Shown here: one piece after another, positions 1 to 9,535 of the stretch
How the letters are laid out: the number at the start of each line of letters is the position of its first letter
How positions within the stretch are numbered: position 1 is the stretch's first letter
Source of the DNA: Vicinamibacteria bacterium
GTDB taxonomy: Bacteria > Acidobacteriota > Vicinamibacteria > Marinacidobacterales > Marinacidobacteraceae
Direction: 5' to 3'
Assembly (NCBI GenBank): GCA_965215615.1
Contig: OZ244068.1
Span: 1,568,850 to 1,632,849, forward strand
Length of the DNA: 64,000 nt
Position numbers and translations under genes: made by a program
The notes under the pieces: model-generated
Database searches by the model: none
What the model was told of the DNA's origin: nothing
What the model saw: only the letters and a program-made list of their open reading frames with translations

Positions 1-275
1 AGCATCTCGTCGCCGCCGCTCCCGAACAGGACTCCGTCGGGGGTCCAGTCGGCGATCTTCGCGATGCGCTCCCGAAGCTCGGGATAGGACTCGTCCGGAT
101 AGGGGCGCGGGTCGGCGGTGGCCACCGCTTCGGCGATGGCGGTTTCGAGTCCTTCCGGAAGCGGCCAGCGGCTCTCGTTCCAGTCGAGACGAAGGCGCGC
201 CGGGGGACGGGAGGGGCCTTCCGGAGAAAGTTCGCGGACCGCGACGCGGATCGCCTCGAGGGGGACGGCTTTCAT
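1..275 (-). CDS. hisC: histidinol-phosphate aminotransferase, N-terminal part (gene runs off the left edge)
   Basis: Not in the ORF track (no stop in window). The minus-strand ATG at 275..273 overlaps the hisD stop (ATGA). My translation is MKAVPLEAIRVAVRELSPEG..RLDWNESRWPLPEGL..DPRPYPDESYPELRERIAKIADWTPDGVLFGSGGDEML. It shows the LDxNE / YPD / GsGsDE pattern of HisC-type aminotransferases and follows hisZ-hisG-hisD. Confidence 0.75.
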   Translation of the reverse strand, partial: MKAVPLEAIRVAVRELSPEGPSRPPARLRLDWNESRWPLPEGLETAIAEAVATADPRPYPDESYPELRERIAKIADWTPDGVLFGSGGDEM

Positions 276-1624
276 GAGCGGGACTCGTGTCCTCCTCCGG
301 GAGGCGACGGCGGAATGCTAGAGGGTTCCGCCTCGAAACGGATTTCGAGCGACCTCGCGTGCGCCTCGAATCCCTCCATCCGGGCGAACCGCGCATATTC
401 GGCACGATCCGCGAGCAGTGCCGGCCGTCCGACCCGGATGACGCTCTGCCGCTTCCTGAAATCCGCCACCGAGAGCGGCGAACCGAACCGGGCGGCTCCG
501 CCGGTCGGCAGGACGTGGTTGGGGCCGATTCCGTAGTCCCCGAGCGCCACCGGCGCGTAGGGGCCAACCAGCACCGAACCGGCGCTCGGGAAACGATCGG
601 CGAGAGACTCCGGATTCTCCACCATGATTTCGAGGTGCTCCGGAGCGATCTCTTCGGCGAGCGCCACCGCTTCCTCGAGATCGGCGACCAGGACCGCGGC
701 CCCCCGTCGGGCGAGCGCCCGCACGATCGTCTCCCGGTTCGGCTGGCCCGGTGCCTGGCGCGCCACCGCGGCCGCCGTTTCGAGCGCGACCGTTTCCGAG
801 GTGGTGATGAGTACCGCCAGTTCGTCACCCGAGCCGTGTTCCGCCTGCGCCAGCAGATCCGCCGCCACCCACTCGGGCGAAGCGCTGCCGTCCGCGACCA
901 CCACCACTTCGGACGGCCCCGCCACCGCATCCACGCCCACCACTTCCGCGAGCTGGCGCTTGGCTTCGGCCACGAAGGCGTTTCCCGGGCCGACCACCTG
1001 CCGGACCTTTGGAATCGAACCGGTCCCGAACGCAAACGCGGCAATCGCCTGCGCGCCTCCCACCCGATAGACCTCGGTGACACCGGCAAGCCGGATCGCG
1101 GCCGCGAGCGCCGGATGGCGCGAGAGAGCGCCCGGCGGAGTGGCGAGGGCGATTCGGGGAACGCCCGCCACCCGTGCCGGAACCGTGTTCATCAGAACCG
1201 TCGAGGGATACGCCGCCGCGCCCCCCGGAACATAGACCCCCACCGAGGATACGGGAAACACCCGCCACTCCAGTTCGGCCTCGTGGGGAAGCGCCATCCG
1301 GAACGAAGCCTCTGCCTGCCGCTCGTGGAAGGCGGCGATCCGGTCCCGCGCCTGCTCGAGAATCCGGCGGTCTTCCGAATCGAGCCGGGAAGCGAGCTCT
1401 TCCAGCTCCTCCGCGCTGACCCGGAGCGACTCCGGCCCGAGCTCCACCCCATCGAAGCGGCGCGCCAGGCGACAAAGCGCCTCGTCGCCCTCTTCGCGGA
1501 CAGCGGCGAGGATCTCCGCAGTGGCCACCGAAACCGATGTCTCCCTGGCCTCTGTCCCCCGCGCGGCCGCCCGCCAGGCGGCGGGGTCCGGGTAGATCGC
1601 GAGGCGATAGCCCGAATCGCTCAC
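272..1624 (-). CDS. hisD: histidinol dehydrogenase
   Basis: C-terminal 450 codons of ORF 272..1972. The GTG at 1624..1622 overlaps the hisG stop (GTGA). Motifs VYVPGGAAAYPSTVLMNTVPARVAGV, AQAEHGSGD and GDYGIGPNHVLPTGGAARF are typical of HisD. The upstream 116 ORF codons are Arg/Gly-rich and overlap hisG. Confidence 0.93.
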   Translation of the reverse strand: MSDSGYRLAIYPDPAAWRAAARGTEARETSVSVATAEILAAVREEGDEALCRLARRFDGVELGPESLRVSAEELEELASRLDSEDRRILEQARDRIAAFHERQAEASFRMALPHEAELEWRVFPVSSVGVYVPGGAAAYPSTVLMNTVPARVAGVPRIALATPPGALSRHPALAAAIRLAGVTEVYRVGGAQAIAAFAFGTGSIPKVRQVVGPGNAFVAEAKRQLAEVVGVDAVAGPSEVVVVADGSASPEWVAADLLAQAEHGSGDELAVLITTSETVALETAAAVARQAPGQPNRETIVRALARRGAAVLVADLEEAVALAEEIAPEHLEIMVENPESLADRFPSAGSVLVGPYAPVALGDYGIGPNHVLPTGGAARFGSPLSVADFRKRQSVIRVGRPALLADRAEYARFARMEGFEAHARSLEIRFEAEPSSIPPSPPGGGHESRS

Positions 1625-2244
1625 TTCGACTCGACGACCGCTTCCAGCCGGCGCAGCATCGAAGCGATCCCTTCGAAGTGCAGCCGGAACGCCGCACGGT
1701 TCACCACCACCCGTGCCGAGCTCTCGAAAAGGGTGGCTTCTTCGGTCAGCCCGTTGGCCCGAAGCGTGCTGCCGGTTTCCACCAGATCCACGATCGCATC
1801 CGAGAGGCCGACCACCGGAGCGAGCTCGATCGCTCCCGAGAGTTCGATCATCTCCACCGGAACGCCGCGGCTTCCGAAATGGCGCTCGGTCGCGCGCGGG
1901 TATTTGGTCGCCACCCGGAACGGCGGCGCGGGAAGCTGCCGGTCCTGCGGCCGGGCGAGCGCCATCCGGCAACGGCCGAGCCGAAGGTCGAGAGGTTCGT
2001 AGAGCGGCAGCGGCTGCTCTTCGAGCACATCCCGACCCACGATGCCGAGCCCGGCCACCCCGTGCTCCACATAGACCGGCAAATCCCGATCCTTGACGAA
2101 GAGGAGTTCCACCTCATCGCCGCGCAGACGAAGCCTTCGCCCGGCTTCCGCAACCGGCGGCAGGGGAATTCCGGCGCGGGTGAGGCAATCGGAGAGCGGC
2201 CGGAGGAGGCGGCCGGTCGGAAGCGCCAGAACGAGAGGATGCAT
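1621..2244 (-). CDS. hisG: ATP phosphoribosyltransferase, short (HisZ-dependent) form
   Basis: 207-aa ORF with LALPTGRL, FVKDRDLPVYVEHGVAGLGIVGRDVL and DLVETGSTLRANGL. The short length, followed upstream by hisZ, fits the HisG(S)/HisZ hetero-complex. Confidence 0.9.
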   Translation of the reverse strand: MHPLVLALPTGRLLRPLSDCLTRAGIPLPPVAEAGRRLRLRGDEVELLFVKDRDLPVYVEHGVAGLGIVGRDVLEEQPLPLYEPLDLRLGRCRMALARPQDRQLPAPPFRVATKYPRATERHFGSRGVPVEMIELSGAIELAPVVGLSDAIVDLVETGSTLRANGLTEEATLFESSARVVVNRAAFRLHFEGIASMLRRLEAVVESK

Positions 2245-2254
2245 GGCAGGAAGA

Positions 2255-3376
2255 TCAGGAATCCGGTTCGACGAGCACCGGGAGGTTTTCGGCGCGAACC
2301 CGAAGGGCCTCCCGAAACGCTTCTGCCGGATCGCCCGAAGCCTTCAGCAATCGGGGAACCGGGCCTTCGTCGGCCGATCGGGGGAGCAACCCGGCGAGCG
2401 GGCCGACCGAGAGCGAGAACCCGACTGCCGGACGCGATGCCCCGAACCGGGTGAAGAGATCGTCGTAACGGCCGCCGCCCCCGAGTTCGCGGCCCGCACC
2501 GCTCGCGTGGAACTCGAAAATCACCCCGGTGTAGTAGTCGAAACCGCGGAGTTCGGCGAGATCGAATCGGAAGCGGTCGCGGACTCCGACCCCGGTGAGA
2601 ACTTCGGCCAGCCGGGTGAGCCGCTCCACCGCCTGCCGGGCCCTTTCGGGAAGATCGGAATTCCCGGCCGCTTCGAGTGCCTCCACGCCGCCCAGCCGGC
2701 CGAGCGATTCGAGAAGGAGCGCGGCCTCCGGCCCGAGCGCCGACTGGATGCGCGAGGGATCCCGGCGCCAGAGCCCCCGCAAGACCTCTTCGCGGACCTC
2801 TTCCCGGGAAGTCTCCGGCAGCCGGGACAGGGCATCTTCCAGCAAACCGAGCGGATAGCCGGCGTGACCCAGGGTGCAGACGATCCCTTCGATACCGAGC
2901 CGGTCGAGGATTTCGAGCGCCACCAGCAGGATCTCCACATCGGCCGCCACTCCTCCCGCATAGTGCTCCACTCCGACTTCCGAAAGCGCCGTCGGGCCGA
3001 GACTCCGCCCCGGCCGTCGCATCACTTCCCCGCGGTAACACAGCCGACGGGTTCCGGCCGGCAGCCGGGTCACCGCCGCCTTGGCCGCGAGCGCCGTGAA
3101 GTCGGTGCGGAGCGAGAGCAGCGCTCCCCCCTCGGCGAACCGGTAGCTGGCGCGCTCCGACCAGCGCCCCCCTCCGCGGGCGAACACCTCGGCATAATCG
3201 AACACCGGAAGCAGGATCTCCTCGTACCCCCAACCGGTCAGCACTTCGGCGGCCACCGACTCCACCCGGCGGCGGCGGCGGGCTTCGTCTCCCGAAAAGC
3301 ACGCCGCTCCGGGGAGGGTTCCGAGGAGCGGTGCCCGGCGGGCCGCCGGCCCGAAAGCCGACTCAGACACCGACAT
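2255..3376 (-). CDS. hisZ: ATP phosphoribosyltransferase regulatory subunit (HisRS paralog)
   Basis: 373-aa ORF with histidyl-tRNA-synthetase-like core motifs (GYEEILLPVFDYAEVF, LRTDFT, LCYRGEVMR, GGGRYDDL) but no anticodon-binding domain. It sits directly upstream of short hisG. Confidence 0.85.
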   Translation of the reverse strand: MSVSESAFGPAARRAPLLGTLPGAACFSGDEARRRRRVESVAAEVLTGWGYEEILLPVFDYAEVFARGGGRWSERASYRFAEGGALLSLRTDFTALAAKAAVTRLPAGTRRLCYRGEVMRRPGRSLGPTALSEVGVEHYAGGVAADVEILLVALEILDRLGIEGIVCTLGHAGYPLGLLEDALSRLPETSREEVREEVLRGLWRRDPSRIQSALGPEAALLLESLGRLGGVEALEAAGNSDLPERARQAVERLTRLAEVLTGVGVRDRFRFDLAELRGFDYYTGVIFEFHASGAGRELGGGGRYDDLFTRFGASRPAVGFSLSVGPLAGLLPRSADEGPVPRLLKASGDPAEAFREALRVRAENLPVLVEPDS

Positions 3377-4409
3377 AACGGGAAACCAGCGAGCGGGCGA
3401 CCGTCGGGTCGCTCGTTCCGTGAACGATGGTGCGCCCGTCGGGGAAGACCACCAGCCGGCGGCCCTCCGCCTCGAACGCCATCACGACCGGGCTGACCCG
3501 AAGCGAATCTCCGACCTCGGCGACCCGGGACAGGCGGTCTTCGAGAGTCTCGAGGAGCGAAGGCTCCCCCGCTCCGGCGGCACCCGCCTTCGGGCGTACC
3601 TGAACCGCGTTCCGGCCACAAAGGGTGGTGGACGCGGTGTCCTGTTCTCCTTCGAGGAAAGGGAACTCTCCTCTTCCGCAAGCGGGGCAGTCCGGGTCGG
3701 GAGCGCCGATTTCCATCCGGTAGGCGGTGCGCTCCCAGACGTCCTGATGCCAGATTCCGGTCGCGAGCGCCTCGGCCCGGCCGGCGAGCACCTTGAGCGC
3801 TTCGGCCACCGCGTAAGCCGCGACCGCATGAACGGCCGGGCCGATGACACCGGCGGTGTCGCAGGTGGGAGAGGCGCCGGGCGGCGGGGCATCCGGCGTG
3901 ACGCAGCGAAGGCACCCGGTCTTTCCCGGCACGATCGTGAACGTCATGCCGTAGCTGCTGACGCAGGCCGCATAGATCCACGGGATGCCGAAACAGACCG
4001 CCGCGTCGTTCATCAGGTAGCGCGCCTCGAAATTGTCGGTGGCATCCACGATCACATCCACTCCGGCGACCACCGCTTCGATGTTGCCGGCGTGAAGATC
4101 CACCGTCAGCGCCTCGACCTCGACTTCCCGGTTCACTTCCCCGAGCCTCCGGCGGGCGGCCTCCGCTTTCGGGATTCCCTCGGCGGCATCCTGTTCCCCG
4201 AAAAGGCACTGGCGCTGCAGGTTGGAGATCTCGACCGTATCCCGATCCACGAAACGGACCTTCCCGACGCCGGCGCGGACCAGCATGTCGAGCGAGGCCG
4301 AACCGAGAGCGCCCGCTCCGGCGACGAGGACGGTCCCTTTGCCGAGTTGCCGCTGCCCGGCGGGGCCGATCCCGTCGAAGAGGGTTTGGCGGGAGTAACG
4401 CTCGGACAC
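3363..4409 (-). CDS. ThiF/MoeB/HesA-family E1-like adenylyltransferase
   Basis: RYSRQ..LF..G..GQ..L start, GAGALGS Rossmann loop, FVDRDTVEISNLQRQ, two CxxC pairs (CLRC, CPAC) and a C-terminal FPDGRTIVHGTSD..ARSLVSRYVG tail. The 3' end overlaps the hisZ start by 14 nt. Confidence 0.85.
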   Translation of the reverse strand: MSERYSRQTLFDGIGPAGQRQLGKGTVLVAGAGALGSASLDMLVRAGVGKVRFVDRDTVEISNLQRQCLFGEQDAAEGIPKAEAARRRLGEVNREVEVEALTVDLHAGNIEAVVAGVDVIVDATDNFEARYLMNDAAVCFGIPWIYAACVSSYGMTFTIVPGKTGCLRCVTPDAPPPGASPTCDTAGVIGPAVHAVAAYAVAEALKVLAGRAEALATGIWHQDVWERTAYRMEIGAPDPDCPACGRGEFPFLEGEQDTASTTLCGRNAVQVRPKAGAAGAGEPSLLETLEDRLSRVAEVGDSLRVSPVVMAFEAEGRRLVVFPDGRTIVHGTSDPTVARSLVSRYVGV

Positions 4410-4483
4410 TTCAGGACTCCCGACGGAGCCCGGCGGGGCCGGTATTCTGACCGAAGACCGGGCGGCACTAGACTTCGGGGCCG

Positions 4484-6265
4484 ATGCGCTTCCTTCGGAA
4501 CGGTTTCGGCTGCCCGCCGGCGCTTCTCGTCGCCATGCTCATGGCCTCGCCCGCCTCTTCGCAGGTGGATGTCCTGCCGCTCGACGAAGTCCGGAACGGG
4601 ATGATCGGCGAGGGGCGGACCACGCTCTCCGGCAACCGGATGGAGACCTTCTCCGCGGAAGTGGTCGGCGTGCTGCGCGGAGCGCTCCCCGGCCGGAACA
4701 TCATCCTCGCCCGGCTCTCGGGCGCGAATCTCGATCACACCGGTGTCCTCCAGGGGATGAGCGGAAGCCCGGTATATGTCGGAGAGCGGCTGATGGGGGC
4801 GGTCGCCTACGCCTTCCCCTTCGCCAAGGATCCGATCTGCGGCATCACCCCCTTCGAGGAGATGATCCGTTTTTCGGCATCGCCACCTCTCGAAAGAAGA
4901 ACCGCCCGGAGCGCGCTCGAGTTCTCCGACGAGGGAACTCCCTTCGTCGTGCCGCCGACCGAAATCCGGCCCGCTGGAAGCGACGAAGGCCTGCGGCCGA
5001 TCCGCACCGCGGTCTCGGTCAGCGGACTGCCGGCTGCCGCCGAGTCGCTGCTCGCCCCACTCTTCTCCGGGCTCGGCCTTTCGCTCGCCCCCGGTGGACG
5101 CACGGGCTCCACACAGGAACCGCCGGCTCTCGCGCCCGGCAGCCCGGTGGGGGCCACCCTCATCGGGGGGGACATGGTCTTCATGGCCAACGGAACCGTC
5201 ACCCACGTGGAGGAAACCACCGGAGAGGTCTATGCGTTCGGCCACCCCTTCCTCGGGCTCGGAAACATCTCGATCCCGATGCAGGAAGCCACGGTGGAAG
5301 CGGCGATCGCCTCGCTGTCCGGCTCCTTCCTGATGGCGAGCGCCGGTCGGCGGATCGGCGCGTGGCGCCACGACAGCTCGACCGGGATCCGGGGCACGCT
5401 CGGGGTTCGCCCCCAGATGACGCCGATGACCATCCGTGTCGCGACCAGCCGGGGGGCCCGCAGCGAATACACGCTCGAAATCGCGAACCTCGATGCGCTG
5501 ACCCCGCTGCTCGCCTTTTCGGGACTCGTTTCGATCCTCGCCGCCGAGGAGAGCCAGGCCGGGCCGCAGACACTCGACGTGAACGCCCGCATCACCCTCA
5601 GCGATGGTCGGGTGATCCCGGTCGCCGACGTGCTGGGCTCCCCTTCCGGCCCCGCTCTCGCGGGCGCGGGGGCCCTCGTCGCCGCACCGCTCGCGCTGCT
5701 TCTGACCAACCCGATCGAGCGCATCCCGGTGCGGGAAATCGAGGTGGAAGTCGCCGCCTCCTCCTCGGCCCGGGTTGCGGAGGTGACGCGGGCCTGGTTC
5801 GAGTCCTCGCGGGTCCGTCCCGGAGAAACAGCTCCGCTCCGGGTGACGCTCCGCGACTATCGAGGAGACGAACGCACCCGGACCCTCGACATTCCGGTTC
5901 CGGAGAGCGCCGCCGGTGCCCGGTTGAGCGTGCTGCTCGCCGACGCTCCCACCATGATGGCGAGCGAGGTGACCCGGGCGACCGGAACCCCGATCCGGGT
6001 GGAACAGATCTACCGGGCGATCAGCCGCCATCCACGAAGGAGCCGGCTCTACGTCCGGTTGATGCGATCGGATCGGGACGCGGTGGTCGTCGGCGGCGAT
6101 TACCTGCCTTCCCTGCCCCCGAGCGTCCGCTCGGTGATCGCCCGCGACGCGTCGGGAGCCGCGAGTCGCTCGCTCGGTGCCTCGATCCTCTGGGAGGGAC
6201 ATCTCGATTTCGATGCCACCGTGACCGGTGCCCGTCGCCTCGCTCTCGAAGTGGATTCCCGATGA
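4484..6265 (+). CDS. secreted peptidase, S55 (SpoIVB)-like
   Basis: 593-aa ORF with an N-terminal signal-like segment (LLVAMLMASPASSQ) and a GVLQGMSGSPVYV serine-protease motif resembling the SpoIVB/S55 catalytic Ser context. Family call is from motif memory only. Confidence 0.6.
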   Translation: MRFLRNGFGCPPALLVAMLMASPASSQVDVLPLDEVRNGMIGEGRTTLSGNRMETFSAEVVGVLRGALPGRNIILARLSGANLDHTGVLQGMSGSPVYVGERLMGAVAYAFPFAKDPICGITPFEEMIRFSASPPLERRTARSALEFSDEGTPFVVPPTEIRPAGSDEGLRPIRTAVSVSGLPAAAESLLAPLFSGLGLSLAPGGRTGSTQEPPALAPGSPVGATLIGGDMVFMANGTVTHVEETTGEVYAFGHPFLGLGNISIPMQEATVEAAIASLSGSFLMASAGRRIGAWRHDSSTGIRGTLGVRPQMTPMTIRVATSRGARSEYTLEIANLDALTPLLAFSGLVSILAAEESQAGPQTLDVNARITLSDGRVIPVADVLGSPSGPALAGAGALVAAPLALLLTNPIERIPVREIEVEVAASSSARVAEVTRAWFESSRVRPGETAPLRVTLRDYRGDERTRTLDIPVPESAAGARLSVLLADAPTMMASEVTRATGTPIRVEQIYRAISRHPRRSRLYVRLMRSDRDAVVVGGDYLPSLPPSVRSVIARDASGAASRSLGASILWEGHLDFDATVTGARRLALEVDSR

Positions 6266-8421
6266 CCGGCCGACGGATCGCGCTCCTGCTGCTGGTCAGC
6301 GCTCCGCTGGCCGCCGCCAGCCGGGATTTCTGGCGTTTCGAGAACGCGGAGGATTTCCTGAGCGGGGAGAGCCGCGGAGTGAGCATCGGCCCCGAAGGCG
6401 AGGTGCGGCTCGCGCCCCTCGTCCGGGAGATCCACGCGCCCGGCCAGCCCTTCATCTGGCGGATCGCGACGGCGGGTGAGAGCCAGGCGCTCGTGGCCGG
6501 AGGCGACGGGATGCTGCTGCGGGTCGAGGGAGATTCGGTCACCACCCTCGCCGAGAGTCGCGAAGGAGGTGTCCACGCGGTCGCTTCGGCACCGGATGGC
6601 GCGATCTTCTACGCCGCTTCTCCGGGCGGGACGATCCACCGGATCGCGGCCGACGGAGAGCGCTCGATCCTCCACGAACCGGAAGTCCGCTATGTCTGGG
6701 CACTCGAAGTCGAGCCGGGCGGGAGCGTACTGGCCGCCACCGGAAACCCCGCCTCGTTGATCCGGATCCAGCCTTCCGGACAGGCGACCACCCTCTTTTC
6801 GACACCCGAAGAACACATCACCGCGCTCCATCTGGCTCCCGACGGCACCATCTTTCTCGGAACCGCGCCCTCCGGCATCCTCTTCCGGATTTCGCAGGAT
6901 GGCGACGCGATGGCGCTTTTCGACAGCGACCAGACCGAGATCGGCCAACTGGTAACGAACGCTGCCGGAGAGGTCTTCGCAACCGCGCTCGCCTCTCCAG
7001 CCCGTCAGAACACCGACATGGCGCTTCCTCCGCCTCCTTCGCCGCCTCCGGCCGCGGGAGCAGCGATCGCCTCGGTTTCGACCACGAGCGCCTTTCGGGG
7101 CCTGCCGGCAACCCGCGAAACAGGCGCGACGAACGCCGGCAGGAACGCGCTCTACCGAGTGGAGCCGAACGGTGCCGCCGAAGCCATCTGGGAGTCCGCG
7201 GAAGAGCGGCCGCTCTCGCTCGCCCTGCTGCGCGACGAGCGCCTCCTGCTCGGAACCGGGAGGCGCGGACGCATCTACCGGATTTCCCGCGACGGGGACC
7301 GCACCCTCTGGCTCCGTGTCGAATCCGAACAGGTCACCGCCGCCGCCGTCATCGGGGAGCGGATCGTGGTCGGAACCTCGAATCCGGCACGGGTGCTTGC
7401 GCTCGGCCCGGGGAGCGGCGCGGAGGGGAGCTACCTCTCGCGGGTGCTCGATGCGGGAGGGGCGGCCCGCTTCGGGCGGATCGCCTGGGAGGCGCGGGCC
7501 CCGACCGGAACCACCATCTCGGTGGAAACCCGCACCGGGAATTCGGAAGAGCCGGACGATGCCTGGAGTGACTGGCGGGCCGCCGCAAACGGCGATTCGG
7601 TTGGAAGCCCCGACGCCCGCTTCCTGCAGTGGCGGGCCACCCTCCGCTCGGACGGAACCGCGACCCCGGAATTCGTCTCGCTCAGCGCCGCCTGGCTCGC
7701 CGCCAACCGCCGCCCGCGGGTGACTTCCATCACCATCCAGCCTCCGGGTGCCGGATTCGAACAACTCCAGGTCGCACAGCCGGTACGGGTACAGGGAATG
7801 TCCGATCCGCTCGAACCCACCGAAGCCGAAAGGCGGGGACAGGAGGGCTCCGGTTTCGGGGCGGGAGTCGGCCGGAGGATCTACCACCCGGGCCTCCAGA
7901 CGGTCACTTTCGAAGCGGAAGATCCCAACCGCGACCGGCTCCTCTACCGGGTGGACATCCGGCAGGTGGGCGAAGTTCCCTGGAAGCCGCTCGCCGGGGC
8001 GCTTCGGGAAACGGTCTTCGCCTGGAGCACCTCGAATCTCCCGGACGGGAGGTACGAACTTCGGATCACCGCCGACGACAGCCGGGACAACCCGATCCAG
8101 GACGCGCTCACCGGAGAGAAAGTGAGCCGGCCCTTTCCGGTGGACAACACGCCGCCGGTGATCTCCGGTCTCGCCATCGATCCCGACGGGACACTCCGTT
8201 TCGAAGCCACCGACAGCGTGAGTCCGATACGGCGCGCCACCGCATCCTCTGGCGGGGAGGCTCCGCAGGTGATTCGCCCGGACGACGGCATCAGCGATTC
8301 GACCGGGGAGCGCTACCGCTTGCAACTCGAAGGCCTCGAAGCCGGAGAGAGCGTTGTCGTACGGGTGGAAGACGATCTCGGCAACTGGGTGACCGCCGAG
8401 ACGGCGGCCCCTCGGCGTTAG
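6262..8421 (+). CDS. secreted beta-propeller-repeat protein (function unknown)
   Basis: An internal ATG at 6262 of ORF 5362..8421 overlaps the upstream stop (ATGA). Signal peptide MTGRRIALLLLVSAPLAAAS. Repeated ..DG.I..G.. blocks suggest propeller blades. The C-terminal region looks Ig-like. Confidence 0.6.
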   Translation: MTGRRIALLLLVSAPLAAASRDFWRFENAEDFLSGESRGVSIGPEGEVRLAPLVREIHAPGQPFIWRIATAGESQALVAGGDGMLLRVEGDSVTTLAESREGGVHAVASAPDGAIFYAASPGGTIHRIAADGERSILHEPEVRYVWALEVEPGGSVLAATGNPASLIRIQPSGQATTLFSTPEEHITALHLAPDGTIFLGTAPSGILFRISQDGDAMALFDSDQTEIGQLVTNAAGEVFATALASPARQNTDMALPPPPSPPPAAGAAIASVSTTSAFRGLPATRETGATNAGRNALYRVEPNGAAEAIWESAEERPLSLALLRDERLLLGTGRRGRIYRISRDGDRTLWLRVESEQVTAAAVIGERIVVGTSNPARVLALGPGSGAEGSYLSRVLDAGGAARFGRIAWEARAPTGTTISVETRTGNSEEPDDAWSDWRAAANGDSVGSPDARFLQWRATLRSDGTATPEFVSLSAAWLAANRRPRVTSITIQPPGAGFEQLQVAQPVRVQGMSDPLEPTEAERRGQEGSGFGAGVGRRIYHPGLQTVTFEAEDPNRDRLLYRVDIRQVGEVPWKPLAGALRETVFAWSTSNLPDGRYELRITADDSRDNPIQDALTGEKVSRPFPVDNTPPVISGLAIDPDGTLRFEATDSVSPIRRATASSGGEAPQVIRPDDGISDSTGERYRLQLEGLEAGESVVVRVEDDLGNWVTAETAAPRR

Positions 8422-8447
8422 CAGGCCCGATCCCCACTTCGCAGCCC

Positions 8448-9158
8448 GTGGAGCGCCGGATCAGCGTTTTCGGGCGCTTCCCCAACCCGGGCGAGGTGAA
8501 GACGCGCCTCGTCCCGTTTCTCGGGGCGGAAGGGGCAGCCGGGCTCCAGCGCGCCATGCTCGAGGATCTGCTCGAAAACCTGGACCGGAGCGCCGCCGGA
8601 ACGGAACGCGAGGTCCGGATGACCGGGAAACCCTCGCAACCGCCGCTCGTTCTGCCGAAAGGCTGGCGCAGCCGCCCGCAGGGGGCCGGGAATCTCGGTG
8701 ACCGCATCTCGCGGGCCGTCGTGGAGGCCGCCCGGGAGGGCCACCAAAGGCTCGTGATCCTCGGATCGGATGCCCCGCTGCTTCCGGACCACCTTCTCGA
8801 AGAAGCATTCGCGCAGCTCGAAACCGGGGATGCGGTTCTCGCTCCCGCCGAGGACGGAGGCTATGTGCTCATCGGGTTCGCTTGTGGCAGAGCGGCACCG
8901 GCGCGCATCCGCCAGGCGCTCGAAGGAGTTTCCTGGAGTTCTCCCGCAACCCTCGAGGAGACCCGGGCAGCCCTGACCACCGCCGGACTGGGGCACCGAC
9001 TGCTCGGCGGCTTCTGGGATGTGGACCGCCCCGAAGACGTCCTGCGCCTGCGGGATCTCGCCGGGCGGTTTCCCGACCGGCTGCCGCGCGTGCGCCGGGC
9101 GCTCGCCGGTCAGCTCCCGGTCAGCTCCAAACCGCGAGCACCGCAGCCTGCCCCATGA
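8448..9158 (+). CDS. DUF2064 / TIGR04282-type glycosyltransferase-like protein
   Basis: In-frame GTG at 8448 of ORF 7629..9158. FGRFPNPGEVKTRL..LG, ILGSDAPLL and APAEDGGYVLIG are hallmark DUF2064 motifs. Confidence 0.7.
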   Translation: MERRISVFGRFPNPGEVKTRLVPFLGAEGAAGLQRAMLEDLLENLDRSAAGTEREVRMTGKPSQPPLVLPKGWRSRPQGAGNLGDRISRAVVEAAREGHQRLVILGSDAPLLPDHLLEEAFAQLETGDAVLAPAEDGGYVLIGFACGRAAPARIRQALEGVSWSSPATLEETRAALTTAGLGHRLLGGFWDVDRPEDVLRLRDLAGRFPDRLPRVRRALAGQLPVSSKPRAPQPAP

Positions 9159-9522
9159 GCGCCAGCGAGTTGTAGGCCACGTTCAAGGCCACGAGCCCGC
9201 CTTTTCGTCCCTCGTAGGCGCAACCCTGATAGCCAAGCGGCAACAGGAAACCGAAGGAAGCGAGAAGCGCGAGGTGGATGCCGGCGGCGACCCCACCCTC
9301 TGAAGCGGCGAGGAGCTGCTGGAGCACGAACGCGGTTCCGAGCGCGAGCAGGAAGGAAACGCCGTGGGTCTTCAGCGGGTTGAAGTCGCGGCGGATTTCC
9401 TCCTCGGTGCGCTCCATGAGCGCAAGCCATCTCTTCCCGAAGAGCGGCCCGTACCAGAGCATCCCGAGCACCATCGGGGCGAAGCCGGCCACGAGGATCG
9501 GCAGGAGTTGCACTTCATGCAT
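9121..9522 (-). CDS. DUF1761-family membrane protein
   Basis: Start taken at the internal Met (MHEVQLLPILVAGFAPMVLGMLWYGPLFGKRW) of ORF 9121..9591. Four hydrophobic segments. WYGPLFGK.W is the DUF1761 signature as I recall it. Confidence 0.6.
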   Translation of the reverse strand: MHEVQLLPILVAGFAPMVLGMLWYGPLFGKRWLALMERTEEEIRRDFNPLKTHGVSFLLALGTAFVLQQLLAASEGGVAAGIHLALLASFGFLLPLGYQGCAYEGRKGGLVALNVAYNSLALMGQAAVLAVWS

Positions 9523-9535
9523 CGGAAACTCTCCC

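Noticed and set aside
287-2002. 571-aa plus-strand ORF (and several nested ones) across the hisD/hisG region
   Set aside because: It is antisense to two genes with unambiguous homology motifs. Its product is Arg/Gly/Pro-rich low complexity, the typical shadow ORF of high-GC DNA.
4133-6202. 689-aa minus-strand ORF, and 6100..8325 (741 aa)
   Set aside because: They are antisense to the S55-like peptidase and beta-propeller genes. The sequences are low complexity and Arg/Gly/Glu-rich with no motifs.
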